From positions 320,001 to 384,000 of the forward strand of contig CAWJTV010000033.1 in NCBI GenBank assembly GCA_963845755.1: a DNA stretch of 64,000 bases, read 5' to 3'. A program made the translations under genes and the position numbers. Shown here one piece after another: positions 23,814 through 34,535 of the stretch (positions are counted from its first letter, which is position 1; the number at the start of each line of letters is the position of its first letter). This DNA comes from an uncultured Planctomycetota bacterium (GTDB taxonomy: Bacteria > Planctomycetota > Planctomycetia > Isosphaerales > Isosphaeraceae). Under the pieces are notes generated by a model. It did no database searches. It was not told the DNA's origin and saw only the letters and a list, made by a program, of their open reading frames with translations.

Positions 23814-24782
23814 TCACCGCCGCCCTTCGGGGAGCAGGGAATAGATCGTCTTGAGGAAATCGGCCGTCTCCCAATGATTCGCCTGCGTCCCCACCTCCAG
23901 GCGGGCCAGATTGCCCCGGGGATCGATCACGGCCGTGGCGAGATTATGCGCGATATCCGTTCCGTCCGGCCCGAAGCGGAGCCCCAACGGGGCCGCGATC
24001 TTGGCCAGTTCCTGGTGCGAAGCGACCGCATAGGACCACAACGGCGGGACGGCGCCGCGGATCTGTGCATGCTTGCGCAAGACCTCGGGCGTGTCGTGGT
24101 CGGGATCGAAAGACAGGGAAATCAGGCGGATGTCCTTGGCGCGGTTGGGAAAAGCGCCGAGATGTTGCGCCAGATTAGAGAACTTGCGGTCCATGAGCGG
24201 ACAAAAATCCGGCATGGGACAACGTGTATAAATGAACGTAAGAACAATGACCTTACCTCGCAAATCGGAAAGTTTGGATCGCTGGCCGTCCTGTCCGGTC
24301 ATCGTGAACTCCGGTACCGGATCGCCCACCTGGAGCTGCGGGGCTTGCTGACGGACCTGAACCTTTCCTTTCGAGAGATCGAGGACCTTGGCCGGCGGCT
24401 CCGCCGGTCGGGTCACTTTCAGGTCGAGGAGGAGGTAATCCTTGACGGCCCCGTCCTCTTTCTCGACTCGCAAGGTCCCTTCGACATGATCGCCGGGTTG
24501 GAGCGTCTCGAGGACATCATGGTTGGCCGGCTTGAACGGCATGGTCATCGCGCCCATGAAGCCGGGGATTTCTCGGTGCCGGATCAAGACTTGACCAGAC
24601 TTCGGATCGACCGACCGGACCACACCCTCGAGCGTGTAGTCGGTCACCACCGGTCCGGCGGGCTTCGCGGGAGTCCGCCGGCTGGCAGCCGGACCCTTGA
24701 TGACGGCGGCGTCTCTCCCGTTGCAACCGGCGGCAAGCCAGGCCGTTACGATCAGGAGTCCGAGATGACCGGCGATCGCCAT
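23814..24782 (-). CDS. CusF-like copper-binding + SCO1/SenC lipoprotein
   Basis: Lipobox LAAGC; HREIPGFMGAMTMPF; FIYTRCPMPDFCP (CxxxxxC variant of the SCO motif) and conserved His in IAHNL. Confidence 0.9.
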   Translation of the reverse strand: MAIAGHLGLLIVTAWLAAGCNGRDAAVIKGPAASRRTPAKPAGPVVTDYTLEGVVRSVDPKSGQVLIRHREIPGFMGAMTMPFKPANHDVLETLQPGDHVEGTLRVEKEDGAVKDYLLLDLKVTRPAEPPAKVLDLSKGKVQVRQQAPQLQVGDPVPEFTMTGQDGQRSKLSDLRGKVIVLTFIYTRCPMPDFCPLMDRKFSNLAQHLGAFPNRAKDIRLISLSFDPDHDTPEVLRKHAQIRGAVPPLWSYAVASHQELAKIAAPLGLRFGPDGTDIAHNLATAVIDPRGNLARLEVGTQANHWETADFLKTIYSLLPEGRR

Positions 24783-24974
24783 GGTCCGGCCGGAACGTCT
24801 CGCGGTCTCGTCGATCATGGTCCGTGGCCGCGCCGTGCGGGACCTCGGCTCCGAGCTGGTGGATGCATCGCAAGAATGATCAACGCTCAATGAACTTAAA
24901 CCTCAATTTGAAAAGGATTTCCATCCATCTAATTCTTTAAATTTGTTATCGTAAATCCATTCACCCCCGTCCGC

Positions 24975-25768
24975 TCAGAAGGGGAACGTCTCGTCGAGCG
25001 GACTGGCGGCCAGCTCCTGGAGGAATCGCCCGATCCGCTCGGCGACCAGGTCCGTGAGGGCCTCTCCCTTCTCGGCCGTGGCGGCGCGGATCGCCGGCCC
25101 CCGAGTTCGTCGTCAGCAGGTGCCAGGGGCGAGTGATCTCGACCCAACCCCGGTTGATCGCCTCGAACCGCGTCGGCCTGGTCTGCGCCGGAGTCGGCCT
25201 GTTCCGGCGCGACCAAGCCGGCGAAGTGGGCCAAGCCCATGCTGGTTTCCATCTCGCCCGCGTGGTCGTCCTTCTCCCGAAAGATGGTGGAGTAGACATC
25301 CGAGGCCACCTTATACCAATTGCACAGAAAAAGGTGCACTCGGGTCGATCGGTGCAGCTCCCGCAGCACCCATTTCAGATCGTTGCCGCCGTGGCCGTTG
25401 AGGAGCAGGCAACGGCCGATCTGGTGGGCTTCCAGCGATTCCACCAGGTCGGCGATCACCCGCGCCAGCGTCGACGGGTTCACATTCATCGCCATCGGGA
25501 ATTTCATCTGGTTGGTCTCGGTCCCGTAGGGTAACGCCGGGAGCTGCACGACCCGCGCCCCATGGCGGTGCGCCCAGGCGCAGGCCCGCCCGGCGATGAC
25601 CTCGACCTGGAACGTGTCCGTGCCGTAGGGAAGATGGAGGTTGTGGGGCTCCGTCGCTCCCAGGGGGAGGACCGCGACCTCGAACGGCGCCTCTCCCTTG
25701 ATCTGCCCATAGTTGAGCTCGGCCAGTCGCCAGAGATCCATCGTCAGGTCTTCCTCGATGACAATCAT
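24975..25768 (-). CDS. Creatininase / creatinine amidohydrolase family protein (frameshifted near 3' end)
   Basis: LPLGATEPHNLHLPYGTD, NGHGGN and HAGEMETS motifs. Confidence 0.92.
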
Positions 25769-26081
25769 GAGAGTTTGAACGATTGCATCCGTACGGCGGG
25801 AGAGGCGCGGGCGGGGCTAGAGGCATTGCGGGGGCGGGGGCGCTCCGTTAGATTTTACCTCCGTAGGTCCTCCGCGTCGTGCCGCAGGTCGATTGGGCCG
25901 ACGAATTCGAGATCCCGGATTCCAAATCCCAGACTCCGTAAGAGGATGTGTCGAGGATCCGCGGTCGAAGACCGCGAGCGTCGGATTGGGAATCCCTCCT
26001 GGGACACGGCGGAGCCGGACGCGGATCGGGACGATTCGAGGCACTCTCCCTGGGTCCTGTTATCCAGAGAACGGCGGTCTG

Positions 26082-27311
26082 ATGCAAGCCTTCGAGGCCA
26101 CGAATTACTACTTCAATCAGGCGGCGAAATGCCTCGACCTGACGGAAAATGTCCGCAACCTGCTGATCACTCCCGATCGCGAGGTCCGGGTTGAGGTCGT
26201 GATCGAGCTCGACTCGGGGAAGCTCGGGAACTTCATCGGCTACCGGGTCCAGCATGACAATGCCCGCGGGCCTTACAAGGGGGGCCTGCGCTACCATCCG
26301 GCCGTCGATCAGGACGAGGCGCGTTCGCTGGCCAGCCTGATGACCTGGAAGACGGCGATCGTCAACTTGCCGTTCGGCGGGGCCAAGGGGGGCATCAATT
26401 GTGACCCGAACAAGCTCTCACGCGGCGAGCTGGAGCGGTTGACGCGGAAACTCATCGAGAAGATCCACGACATGATCGGGCCGCACAAGGACATCCCCGC
26501 GCCGGACATGGGGACCGACGCGCAGGTGATGGCCTGGATCATGAACGAATACGCGAAGTATGAAGGATTCTATCCGGCCTGCGTGACGGGCAAGCCGGTC
26601 GAATTCCACGGTTCGGCGGGGCGGGAAGCGGCCACCGGATTCGGGCTGGCGATCATCACGCGCGAGATGCTCGGCCGGTTGCAGCGCACGATCGCCGGGA
26701 CGACGTTCGCCATCCAGGGATACGGCAACGTGGGCAGCCACACGGCCCGATGTCTCGCCCAGATGGGGGCCAAGATCGTCGGCATCTCGGATGCGTACGG
26801 GGCCGTGGTCAATCGCGAAGGGCTCGATGTCGCCGAGCTCGACCGGCACATGGCCGTCTCTCACAAGATCGTGGGCTTCAAAGGGGGCGACGCCATCACG
26901 AACGAGCAACTCCTGACCATGCCCGTGGACGTGCTGATCCCCGCCGCCCTCGGAGGCGTGTTCGACCGCGACATGGCCAGGGCGGTCCAGGCCCAGATCG
27001 TCGTCGAGGCGGCCAACGGACCCACCTGGCCGGAGGCCGACGAGGTGTTCAACGAGCGCGGAATCCCCGTTGTGCCCGACGTCCTGGCCAATGCCGGCGG
27101 CGTGATCGTCAGTTACTTCGAGTGGGTCCAGAACCTCCAGCATTTCCGCTGGCCCCTCGAACAGATCCAGCGCGAAGAGGAGCACCGGCTGGTCGATGCA
27201 TTTCGCGAGATGTATGACCTGGCGCAGCGCAAGGGGGTTACCCTCCGCACCGCGGCCTTCATGAAGGCGATCTCCCGCGTCGGCCGGGCTAAAGTGCTGG
27301 GGGGTATCTAG
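26082..27311 (+). CDS. gdhA: Glutamate dehydrogenase (Glu/Leu/Phe/Val family)
   Basis: GPYKGGLRYH, MTWK, GGAKGG, DIPAPDMGT, GREAATG, QGYGNVG and PDVLANAGGV. Confidence 0.95.
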   Translation: MQAFEATNYYFNQAAKCLDLTENVRNLLITPDREVRVEVVIELDSGKLGNFIGYRVQHDNARGPYKGGLRYHPAVDQDEARSLASLMTWKTAIVNLPFGGAKGGINCDPNKLSRGELERLTRKLIEKIHDMIGPHKDIPAPDMGTDAQVMAWIMNEYAKYEGFYPACVTGKPVEFHGSAGREAATGFGLAIITREMLGRLQRTIAGTTFAIQGYGNVGSHTARCLAQMGAKIVGISDAYGAVVNREGLDVAELDRHMAVSHKIVGFKGGDAITNEQLLTMPVDVLIPAALGGVFDRDMARAVQAQIVVEAANGPTWPEADEVFNERGIPVVPDVLANAGGVIVSYFEWVQNLQHFRWPLEQIQREEEHRLVDAFREMYDLAQRKGVTLRTAAFMKAISRVGRAKVLGGI

Positions 27312-27397
27312 TCCTTTTCGTCCTCGGGTCCTGACGTCCCTCAGAGGTTTTGCTGACTTAGTCGCGCGGGAGCGCGGCTCGAGGGCTCAGGAACGAC

Positions 27398-27553
27398 TCA
27401 AAGGCCCCGGCCTCCCAAGTGCTTGGTCTTCCTCGGGTTGCGCATGTCGTTGAGCTTGGCCCGGCGACCCTTGGCAACCGGTGAGCTGTCGGCCTTCTTG
27501 CGCCATTTGTAACTCTTGCGGTGTCGCGTCTTGGACTTCATGGATTCCGTCAT
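27398..27553 (-). CDS. Small very basic protein (51 aa)
   Basis: AAGGAG RBS before ATG; MTESMKSKTRHRKSYKWRKK...KTKHLGGRGL; GC3-rich codons. Confidence 0.6.
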   Translation of the reverse strand: MTESMKSKTRHRKSYKWRKKADSSPVAKGRRAKLNDMRNPRKTKHLGGRGL

Positions 27554-27818
27554 CTCCTTGGATCGGCCTTCGAGACCGATCGGCGGGCGCCGACCGGCGT
27601 GGCGAAAGGTCTTATTATGGGATCCGATTGTCCCGTGTTCAAGGCAGGCCGTCGCGACGATCGCCGGCAATCCCGCCGTTCGACAGATTCGGCGGCCAAG
27701 ATTTGATCCCAGGCCGGGCGCGAACTCGGCCCGCCTTATTTATGATAGATCGACAGGTGACCCGGTCGAAGGGAAGACCGGATATCCGGTCGATCCGGGG
27801 GGCGGGGCGTCGAAGGGG

Positions 27819-30800
27819 ATGGTTGTGGACGAGTTGAATCGTGATCTCCTGGTAGCAGTGTTGGCCCTGCTGACGGGCGCGATTCCGCGCCCCGCGTTGA
27901 GCGCGGCGCTCAATGCCTGGGGTCGGGATCGGAACCGGTCGCTGGCCGAACTGCTCCTGCGCGACGGGTGTATCGACGCGGAACGCCTCCACGCCCTGGA
28001 GTGCCTGGCATCATCCCACCTCGCTCAGCATCATAACAACCTCCAGTTCTGCCTGGACGCCTGGAATGCTCAGGCCGCGACGGAGGAGGTATTGACCGAG
28101 GTCGCGGACAGTGCACTGATGTCAACATTGGGAGTCACGGTGATCCGTCCGACGACGTTGCCGATGACCCAAGGGTCGCCGGGAAGCGAGGAAACGCTGC
28201 CGACGGACGGCGTCTCGCGGCCTCCGGGCTCGACGGTGCCGCCGCAAGTCAGCCAGGAAGATCGGTTCCTGCCGATCCGGCCCCATGCCAGGGGCGGGAT
28301 CGGCCAGGTGTGGCTGGCACGGGATCGCGAGCTTCAGCGCGAGGTCGCGCTGAAGGTGATCCAGCCGCGCTATGCCGAGCGCGACGATCAGCGCGGCACG
28401 GTTCCTGCTGGAAGCGGAGATCACCGGCAACCTGGAGCATCCCGGGATCGTCCCGGTCTACAGCCTGGGGCGGAACTCCGAGGGGAGGCCGTTCTACGCG
28501 ATGCGGTTCATCCGGGGAGAGACTTTCGCTTCGGCGATCCGACAGTTCCACCTGCGCTGGCAACGGGAGGGCCGGGGCGGCGGGCCTTCGATGTGGGGGT
28601 TCGAGTTTCGACAGTTGCTCGGCCGGTTCCTCGACGTCTGCGACGCGATGGATTACGCCGCACAGCCGCGGCGTGCTGCATCGGGACCTGAAGCCGGCCA
28701 ACATCATGCTCGGCCGTTACGGCGAGACCCTGGTCGTCGATTGGGGCCTGGCCAAGGTGGTCGGCAAGGCCGACATCCTGCCGGTGCCGGCTGATGGGGA
28801 TCAGGAGCCGAACCTGGCGGATGGCGCGGAAACGCGGACCTTCACGAGCGATACCTTGCCGGGCACGACGATCGGCACTCCGACCTACATGAGCGCCGAG
28901 CAGGCGCGTGGTTGCCTCGAGGAATTGGGTCCGGCCAGCGATGTGTACAGCCTCGGCGCGACCCTCTACGAGTTGCTCGCTGGCCGGGTCGCGTTTACCG
29001 GTGAGAAGACCGCCGAAGTGCTTGAACGGGTGATCAAGGGGGATTTCCCGCCGCCTCGTGCGATCCAGAGGTCGCTACCGGCTCCCCTGGATGCGATCTG
29101 CCTGAAGGCGATGGCCCTCCGGCCCGAACTGCGGTACGCCTCGGTGCGCGACCTGGCGCGGGACCTCGAACACTGGCTGGCCGACGAACCAGTTTCGGCC
29201 TACCCCGAGCGGCGTCTGGAGCGGCTGGCACGCTGGCTCCGCCAGCACCGCACCTGGACCTACGCCGCCGGCGCCGCCCTGATCGGCATCTCGCTGGCCG
29301 CGACCATCGGCGTGGTTGTGGTCGAGCAAGGCCGTCGCCGGGAGGCCGAGGCCCGCGCCCTCTCGCAGACGAATTTCCAGATGGCCAACCGGGCCGTACG
29401 CGAATACTTCACCATCGTCAGCCAGAATACCCTCCTGAAGGAACAGGACACCCTCGATAGCCGGCGTTTGCGCCGGGAGCTCCTCGAGACCGCGCTGACG
29501 TATTACCAGGACTTCGTCCGGCAACGGAGCGACGACCCGCAGCTCCGTCATGAGCTGGCCGAGGCCCATTTCCACCTGGGGGAGATCGCCGGAGAGATCG
29601 GCACGACCGAGGAAGTGGTCCGATCCTTCGAGACGGCGCGCGGCGGTGTGGGAGAAGCTCGCGGTGGAAGCCCCCGACGATCCGGAACTCCCGGGCCACG
29701 TGGCCAAATGCTACCTGTCGATCGGCGCACAATTCACCGTCGACAAGATGTTCCAGGCGGCCGTGGCCCCGCTCCGACGAGTGCTGGCCATCCTCGAGCC
29801 GCTCACGGCCCGTTATCCCGATGTGGCGCCCTATCAGGCGGACCTCGCCGACGGTTACAAGGAGATGGGCATCGCGCAAGCGGGGATCGGATCCCTGGAT
29901 AAGGGCCTGGAGTCGCTTACCAAGGGTGTGCTGATCCAACGGCGATTGATCGACGGATTCCCGAAGGATGCTGCTTCAAATCGCAAGAAACTGGCCGACA
30001 TGATCATTGTTCAGGGGTGGGTCTACTTCAATCAGCGGAATTATCGGGACGCACTGCGGGCGTTCCAGGAAGCCCAGCGCATCTGCGAATCCCTGCTCGA
30101 GGGTATCACGTCGGGTCCCAAGCCGATCCCGCTCCTCTCCTCGCTGGCCAATGGCCACTACAACATCGGGGCCGCCGAACACAAACTCGGCCACCTCGAG
30201 GCGGCCCTCGATGCCTACGACCAATCGCTCCGCTTACGTTCGGCGCTGGCCGATGCTCATCCGTCGGTGAACACCTTCCAGGAGAAGCTCGCCGTGAGCC
30301 TCGCCGAAATCGCCGAGCTCCAGCACGAAGCCGGCCAGGCGGAGAAGGCGCTTGATTCGATCCGGAAGTCGATCGAGGTCCTGGAGAAACTGGTCCAGGC
30401 CCAGCCGGATCAGCCACGGTTCCACCACAAGTTGGGGCGAAGCTGCGATCTCCTGGGCTACTTCTACGATACGGCGAGAGACAACGCGCGGGCGATGCGA
30501 GAATTCAAGCGGGCGGTTGCCGAGCAGGAGAAAGCCCTGGAGGCATCTCCCGGCGTGGAGGAATACCAGGTCGAGTTGTGTATCGATCTCGAGAACCTGG
30601 GTGAGCAGTTCGTCGATCTCGGGACCGTGGAGAAGGGGATGCTCCACTACCGTCGTGCGATCGAGATCCGAGGGCGATTTGCCGCCAATCACCCGGCGGA
30701 CCGCGTGTTCGCGCTCGACCTGGCCGAGGCAATCGCGAAGCTGGGATCGCTCCGGCGCCACGCTGGCGACCCCGCCTCCGCGCGCGATTGGTTCGTCCGG

Positions 30801-31397
30801 GCTCGCACGACGATCGAACCCTTCGCCGCCGCCGATCCGGCCGATTCCGCAGTCCAGGGCCGCCTTGGAGTGGTACTCACCGGCGAAGCCCTGGCTCTGG
30901 CCGACCAGGGCCGAACCACCGAGGCCATACCGATCCTCCGGAACGCCCTGTCGGTCTTGAAGCCGCTCGGCGTCTCCACGACCGGGCTCCCCGACGCTCC
31001 GGGGTGGCTGTCCGAGTCGCTCTGGGAGCTCGCCCGCCTCCTCCGATTGTCAGGGTCCCCAGCGGAGGCGGACCGCCTCGATGCCGAGCGCCTGGCCCTC
31101 TGGACGGAGCATTCGCCGGACGAGCTGGTCAACCTGGCCCTCCAGCAGACCAATCGAGCCGCCCTGATCGGCTACGGGAAGACGCCCATCGACGAACCGG
31201 CATGCGCCGTCCGTAAGCTCGATCTCGATCAGGCGGCGGCGAATCTCCAGATGGCGGTCGCCCTGGGATTTCACGACCTGCGCAGGCTTCGCGCCAATCC
31301 CGACTGGTGGCTTCTCGAGTCCCGAGACGACATACGGCCCCTGATGGACGGCCTGGAGTTCCCCGACCAGCCTTTCGGACCAGCACCCGAGAAATAG
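27819..31397 (+). CDS. Ser/Thr protein kinase with TM helix and long TPR array (two frameshifts)
   Basis: HARGGIGQV, VALK, HRDLKPAN, DWGLAK, GTPTYMSAEQ; hydrophobic YAAGAALIGISLAATIGVVVV; TPR-like helices; ends FPDQPF. Confidence 0.92.
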
Positions 31398-31606
31398 TAT
31401 CAAGCGCGTCGCCACCGCCATGAGGCCGGTTTCGACCTCTCTGTTCCCGCAGAGGGCCCGACCGAAACCGTGATTTGGCCTTCTCCTGCGACCACCCGGG
31501 CATGATTCTCTTTGCAAGGACTCCGGAAAACGTGTTATATCTCAAGGAGAGTTCCGGTATATCTAGTAGGGAAGATTCCAAACAACCTTCGAGCTGGGAG
31601 TTCATC

Positions 31607-31795
31607 ATGGCCGATCAACCGCAAAACCCGAACACGAAGAAGGACTCGGACAAGAAACAACCCGAGACGGTGATCCTGACCGCCGACGAGCTTCGTTCTA
31701 TCGCCGGAGGCGGAAGCGGAAGCGTGCTCACGAATCCCGGGGGAGGGAGTGCCACGCCGAAAGACAAGGTCGGAGCCCCCGTCCCGGGAAAATGA
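31607..31795 (+). CDS. Double-glycine-leader peptide precursor (62 aa; bacteriocin/RiPP/signal peptide-like)
   Basis: GGGAG RBS; leader ends LTADELRSIAGG (LxxxELxxIxGG); directly upstream of HlyD and a C39-ABC exporter. Confidence 0.85.
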   Translation: MADQPQNPNTKKDSDKKQPETVILTADELRSIAGGGSGSVLTNPGGGSATPKDKVGAPVPGK

Positions 31796-31982
31796 CCGAC
31801 CGGTCGGGTGATCGTTCGCAACGTTCCGATCCCCGGACAGGTCTGAAGGTATCCGAATCGCTCGAGCAGAGTGGTAGCCCCCGCTGACGACGCGCGCTGC
31901 GGGGGGTTTATTCGCGCAACCGATCGCTACGGATCGCGGCAGATCCGAACATGGGGTCAGAGACACTCACAGGCTCCCGCCG

Positions 31983-33286
31983 ATGGATCACGCTCCTGTC
32001 ACGACATCGACCGCGCCGACGGACTCGAGCCGCCATGCGTTCGACCAGTTGGATACGCTGGTCCGCGTGACCACGGTGCAAGCGTGGGTCTACCTCTCCA
32101 CCCTGTTCGCCGTGGGCGCCGCGGCGATCGCCTTGGCGGTGTTGTACAAGGTGCCGACGAAAGTGAATGGCGAAGGCATCCTCCTGATCGATCAGGACCG
32201 ACTGGCCCAGGTGCGAGCCCGGGCGACCGGCCGGCTGGTGTCCCTGGGCGTGAAGCTGGGCGATCCGGTCTGCCCCGATCAGGTGATCGGCCGGATCGCG
32301 CAGGACGACCTGAAGGATGCGATCGAGGAGGCCAAGGCCCGGCTCGAAAATCTCCGGGGCCAGGACCGGGAACTCACCCAGTTCGAAGAGCTGGAGCGCG
32401 AGCGAAAAGACGAGGCCATGGATCGGTTGAAGCAGGCGGTCGTCAACGCCAGGAGGATTCTCGGGAGAAGATGAAGATCGCCCAGCGGCTGGCCAAGAGT
32501 GCCGACAAGTTGCGCTATGATCATCATCTCGGAGATCTCGACCTCCTGGAATCCCGCGAAAAGCTCTATGACGTCCGGGACCACCTGAACAAAGGGCAAT
32601 CCCGGCTGGCAGAGCTCGCGCTGGACCGGGTCACCGCCGAGACCGCGCGCGGCCGCGCACGGCTGGAGCGTAAGCTGAAGATCCGGGACGTGGAGACCAA
32701 GCTGAAGCTGGACCTGGAGAAGATGGAACGCACCTCGCGGCTGATCAGCCCGGTCCAGGGGGACGTCGCGCAGGTGCTCCACGTGGATGGCGACCTGGTC
32801 CGCGAAGGTTCGCCGATCGTGCTGCTCCACGCCCCGAAGGCGGGGCAGGGTCCCGACGATTCGGGGTCGTCGTACGAGTCGATCGTCTTCGTGCCGGGCG
32901 GCGAGGGGAAGAAGATCGAGGCGACCAATGAGGTTGAGATCGTGCCCGCGACGATCAAGCGCGAGGAATACGGCTTCATCCGAGGTCACGTCGTCGAGGT
33001 CTCCGAGTTGCCGGCCACCAAGCTGGCCATGGAGGCGGCGCTCGAGCATCCGGAGCTGGTCAACGCGTTCCTCAAGCGGTATGCGCCGGGAGTCTTGCTC
33101 CGGGTCCTTGTCCGGCTCGATAGGGGCGATCCCAAGCGGGAAAATCCCTTCCTCTGGTCCTCGTCGAATGGGCCCGATCAAATACTCAAGACCGGCACGA
33201 TGTGCCAGGCGGCGATCGTCGTCAAGCGCCGCAGGCTGATCAATCTCATCCTCCCCTGGACCAAGAAGCTCGTCGGGGCCGGCTGA
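31983..33286 (+). CDS. NHLM/NHLP bacteriocin-system secretion protein (HlyD family), frameshifted
   Basis: DQLDTLVRVT, KVNGEGILL, ISPVQG, GKKIE...PATIKREEYGFIRG.V and FLWSSSNGP...GTMC. Confidence 0.92.
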
Positions 33287-33345
33287 GGCACGTGAGCCGG
33301 CAAGGAAGGAGTTAATCCAGTCTGGAGTCTTTCTCGGAGCGAGCC

Positions 33346-33639
33346 GTGCCAACGCCCCAGTTCCGAATCCGGACCCTGCTGATCAGCATCGCCTTCCTCG
33401 CGCTCGTGCTGACCGTGGCGATCCAGACCATCCGACTGCAGAGGACCGCGGCCAGGCTGCAGAGGACCGCGGCCAGTGAGCAAATGCTCAGGACCGCGGC
33501 AGAGCGGCTTCGGGCCGATGCCGAGCAGGCGCGCATCTTCGCCGAAATCGACGCTCGGCGAGCTGCTCGGCGAACTCAGGCTGCCCTCGATGAACTGTCG
33601 CCTCAACTCGATCCCTCCCGGGAAAAGCGTGAACCGTGA
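33346..33639 (+). CDS. Small membrane-anchored hypothetical protein
   Basis: QFRIRTLLISIAFLALVL N-terminus; 21-bp tandem duplication encoding LQRTAA. Confidence 0.6.
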   Translation: MPTPQFRIRTLLISIAFLALVLTVAIQTIRLQRTAARLQRTAASEQMLRTAAERLRADAEQARIFAEIDARRAARRTQAALDELSPQLDPSREKREP

Positions 33640-33727
33640 TTGATGGTTTGGTTTGTACGGACACCCTGCCTCGTCGGGTGGACCTTGGAACGGTGCGGCT
33701 CGAAACCATGTGGGAGGCGAGGATCCG

Positions 33728-34236
33728 ATGACCGTCAAGGATCTGGAAACCCTGTTCGACTATAGCTACTGGGCGAACCGAAGGCTCTTCGAGGCCATCT
33801 CGCAGTTGACACCCGAACAGTTCACGCAACCCGTGTCTGGCAGCCACGGCTCTATCCGGAACACGATGGTTCACATGCTGAGTGCGGAATGGGGCTGGCT
33901 CGGTCGCTGCGGTGGCCCGGAGCGGGGCGCGCCCTCGATCCTGTCGACTACCCAACGGTGGCAACTCTCGTAGACAAGTGGAAACACATCGAGCTGTCGG
34001 TGCGCGCGTTCTTGTCGACGCTGCGGGACGAGGATCTCGCTCGTAACGTCGAGTTCGTGATTGGCGGGAGCGAGAAGCGCTCGATGCCGGTGGGAGAACT
34101 GATGCAACATGCAGCCAATCACGGTGTTCATCATCGAGGGCAAGTATCGCTGCGGCTCCGGTTGCTCGGCTACCACCCGGCCGACTTCGACCTCCTTTTT
34201 TACTATGCCGAGAGGCACAGTCTGCGGGCGTCGTAG
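33728..34236 (+). CDS. DinB/YfiT family protein (frameshifted)
   Basis: LFDYSYWANRRL, GSIRNTMVHMLSAEWGW and HAANHGVHHRGQ His triad. Confidence 0.9.
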
Positions 34237-34535
34237 GTCAGACGTTATCCACAGACCTCCCGCCTCGGGCTCTCGCGGACCAGAACCCGCCACTCATCTC
34301 CAGTATTCATCGTCCCAACGACTCGCATTCGCGTCACACGAGAACGATTCGCATCCGGAATTCTCAACTCCGAGGCTGGCATGACGTGCGACTCCACATT
34401 CGTACGACCAGGTCGCTAATCTTGATGCATACTTGAAGTTAGGTCTGCGGTCGGCGACCTTACGGACTTGGCGGGTGGAACTTGCATCGAGCGTGGGTCG
34501 TCCCTTCAGCTTGGCCAGGCACGAGGCGGTGACGC

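Noticed and set aside
24890..24965. AT-rich intergenic stretch as an ncRNA or origin
   Set aside because: No recognisable structure or motif; consistent with a plain promoter region for the SCO gene.
24975..25768. Creatininase as a mycofactocin-type (MftE) RiPP peptidase for the GG peptide
   Set aside because: It is 6 kb away on the opposite strand with gdhA between, and the C39 domain already explains leader removal.
34245..34253. Perfect DnaA box TTATCCACA
   Set aside because: Single copy with no box cluster, unwinding element or dnaA/dnaN nearby.
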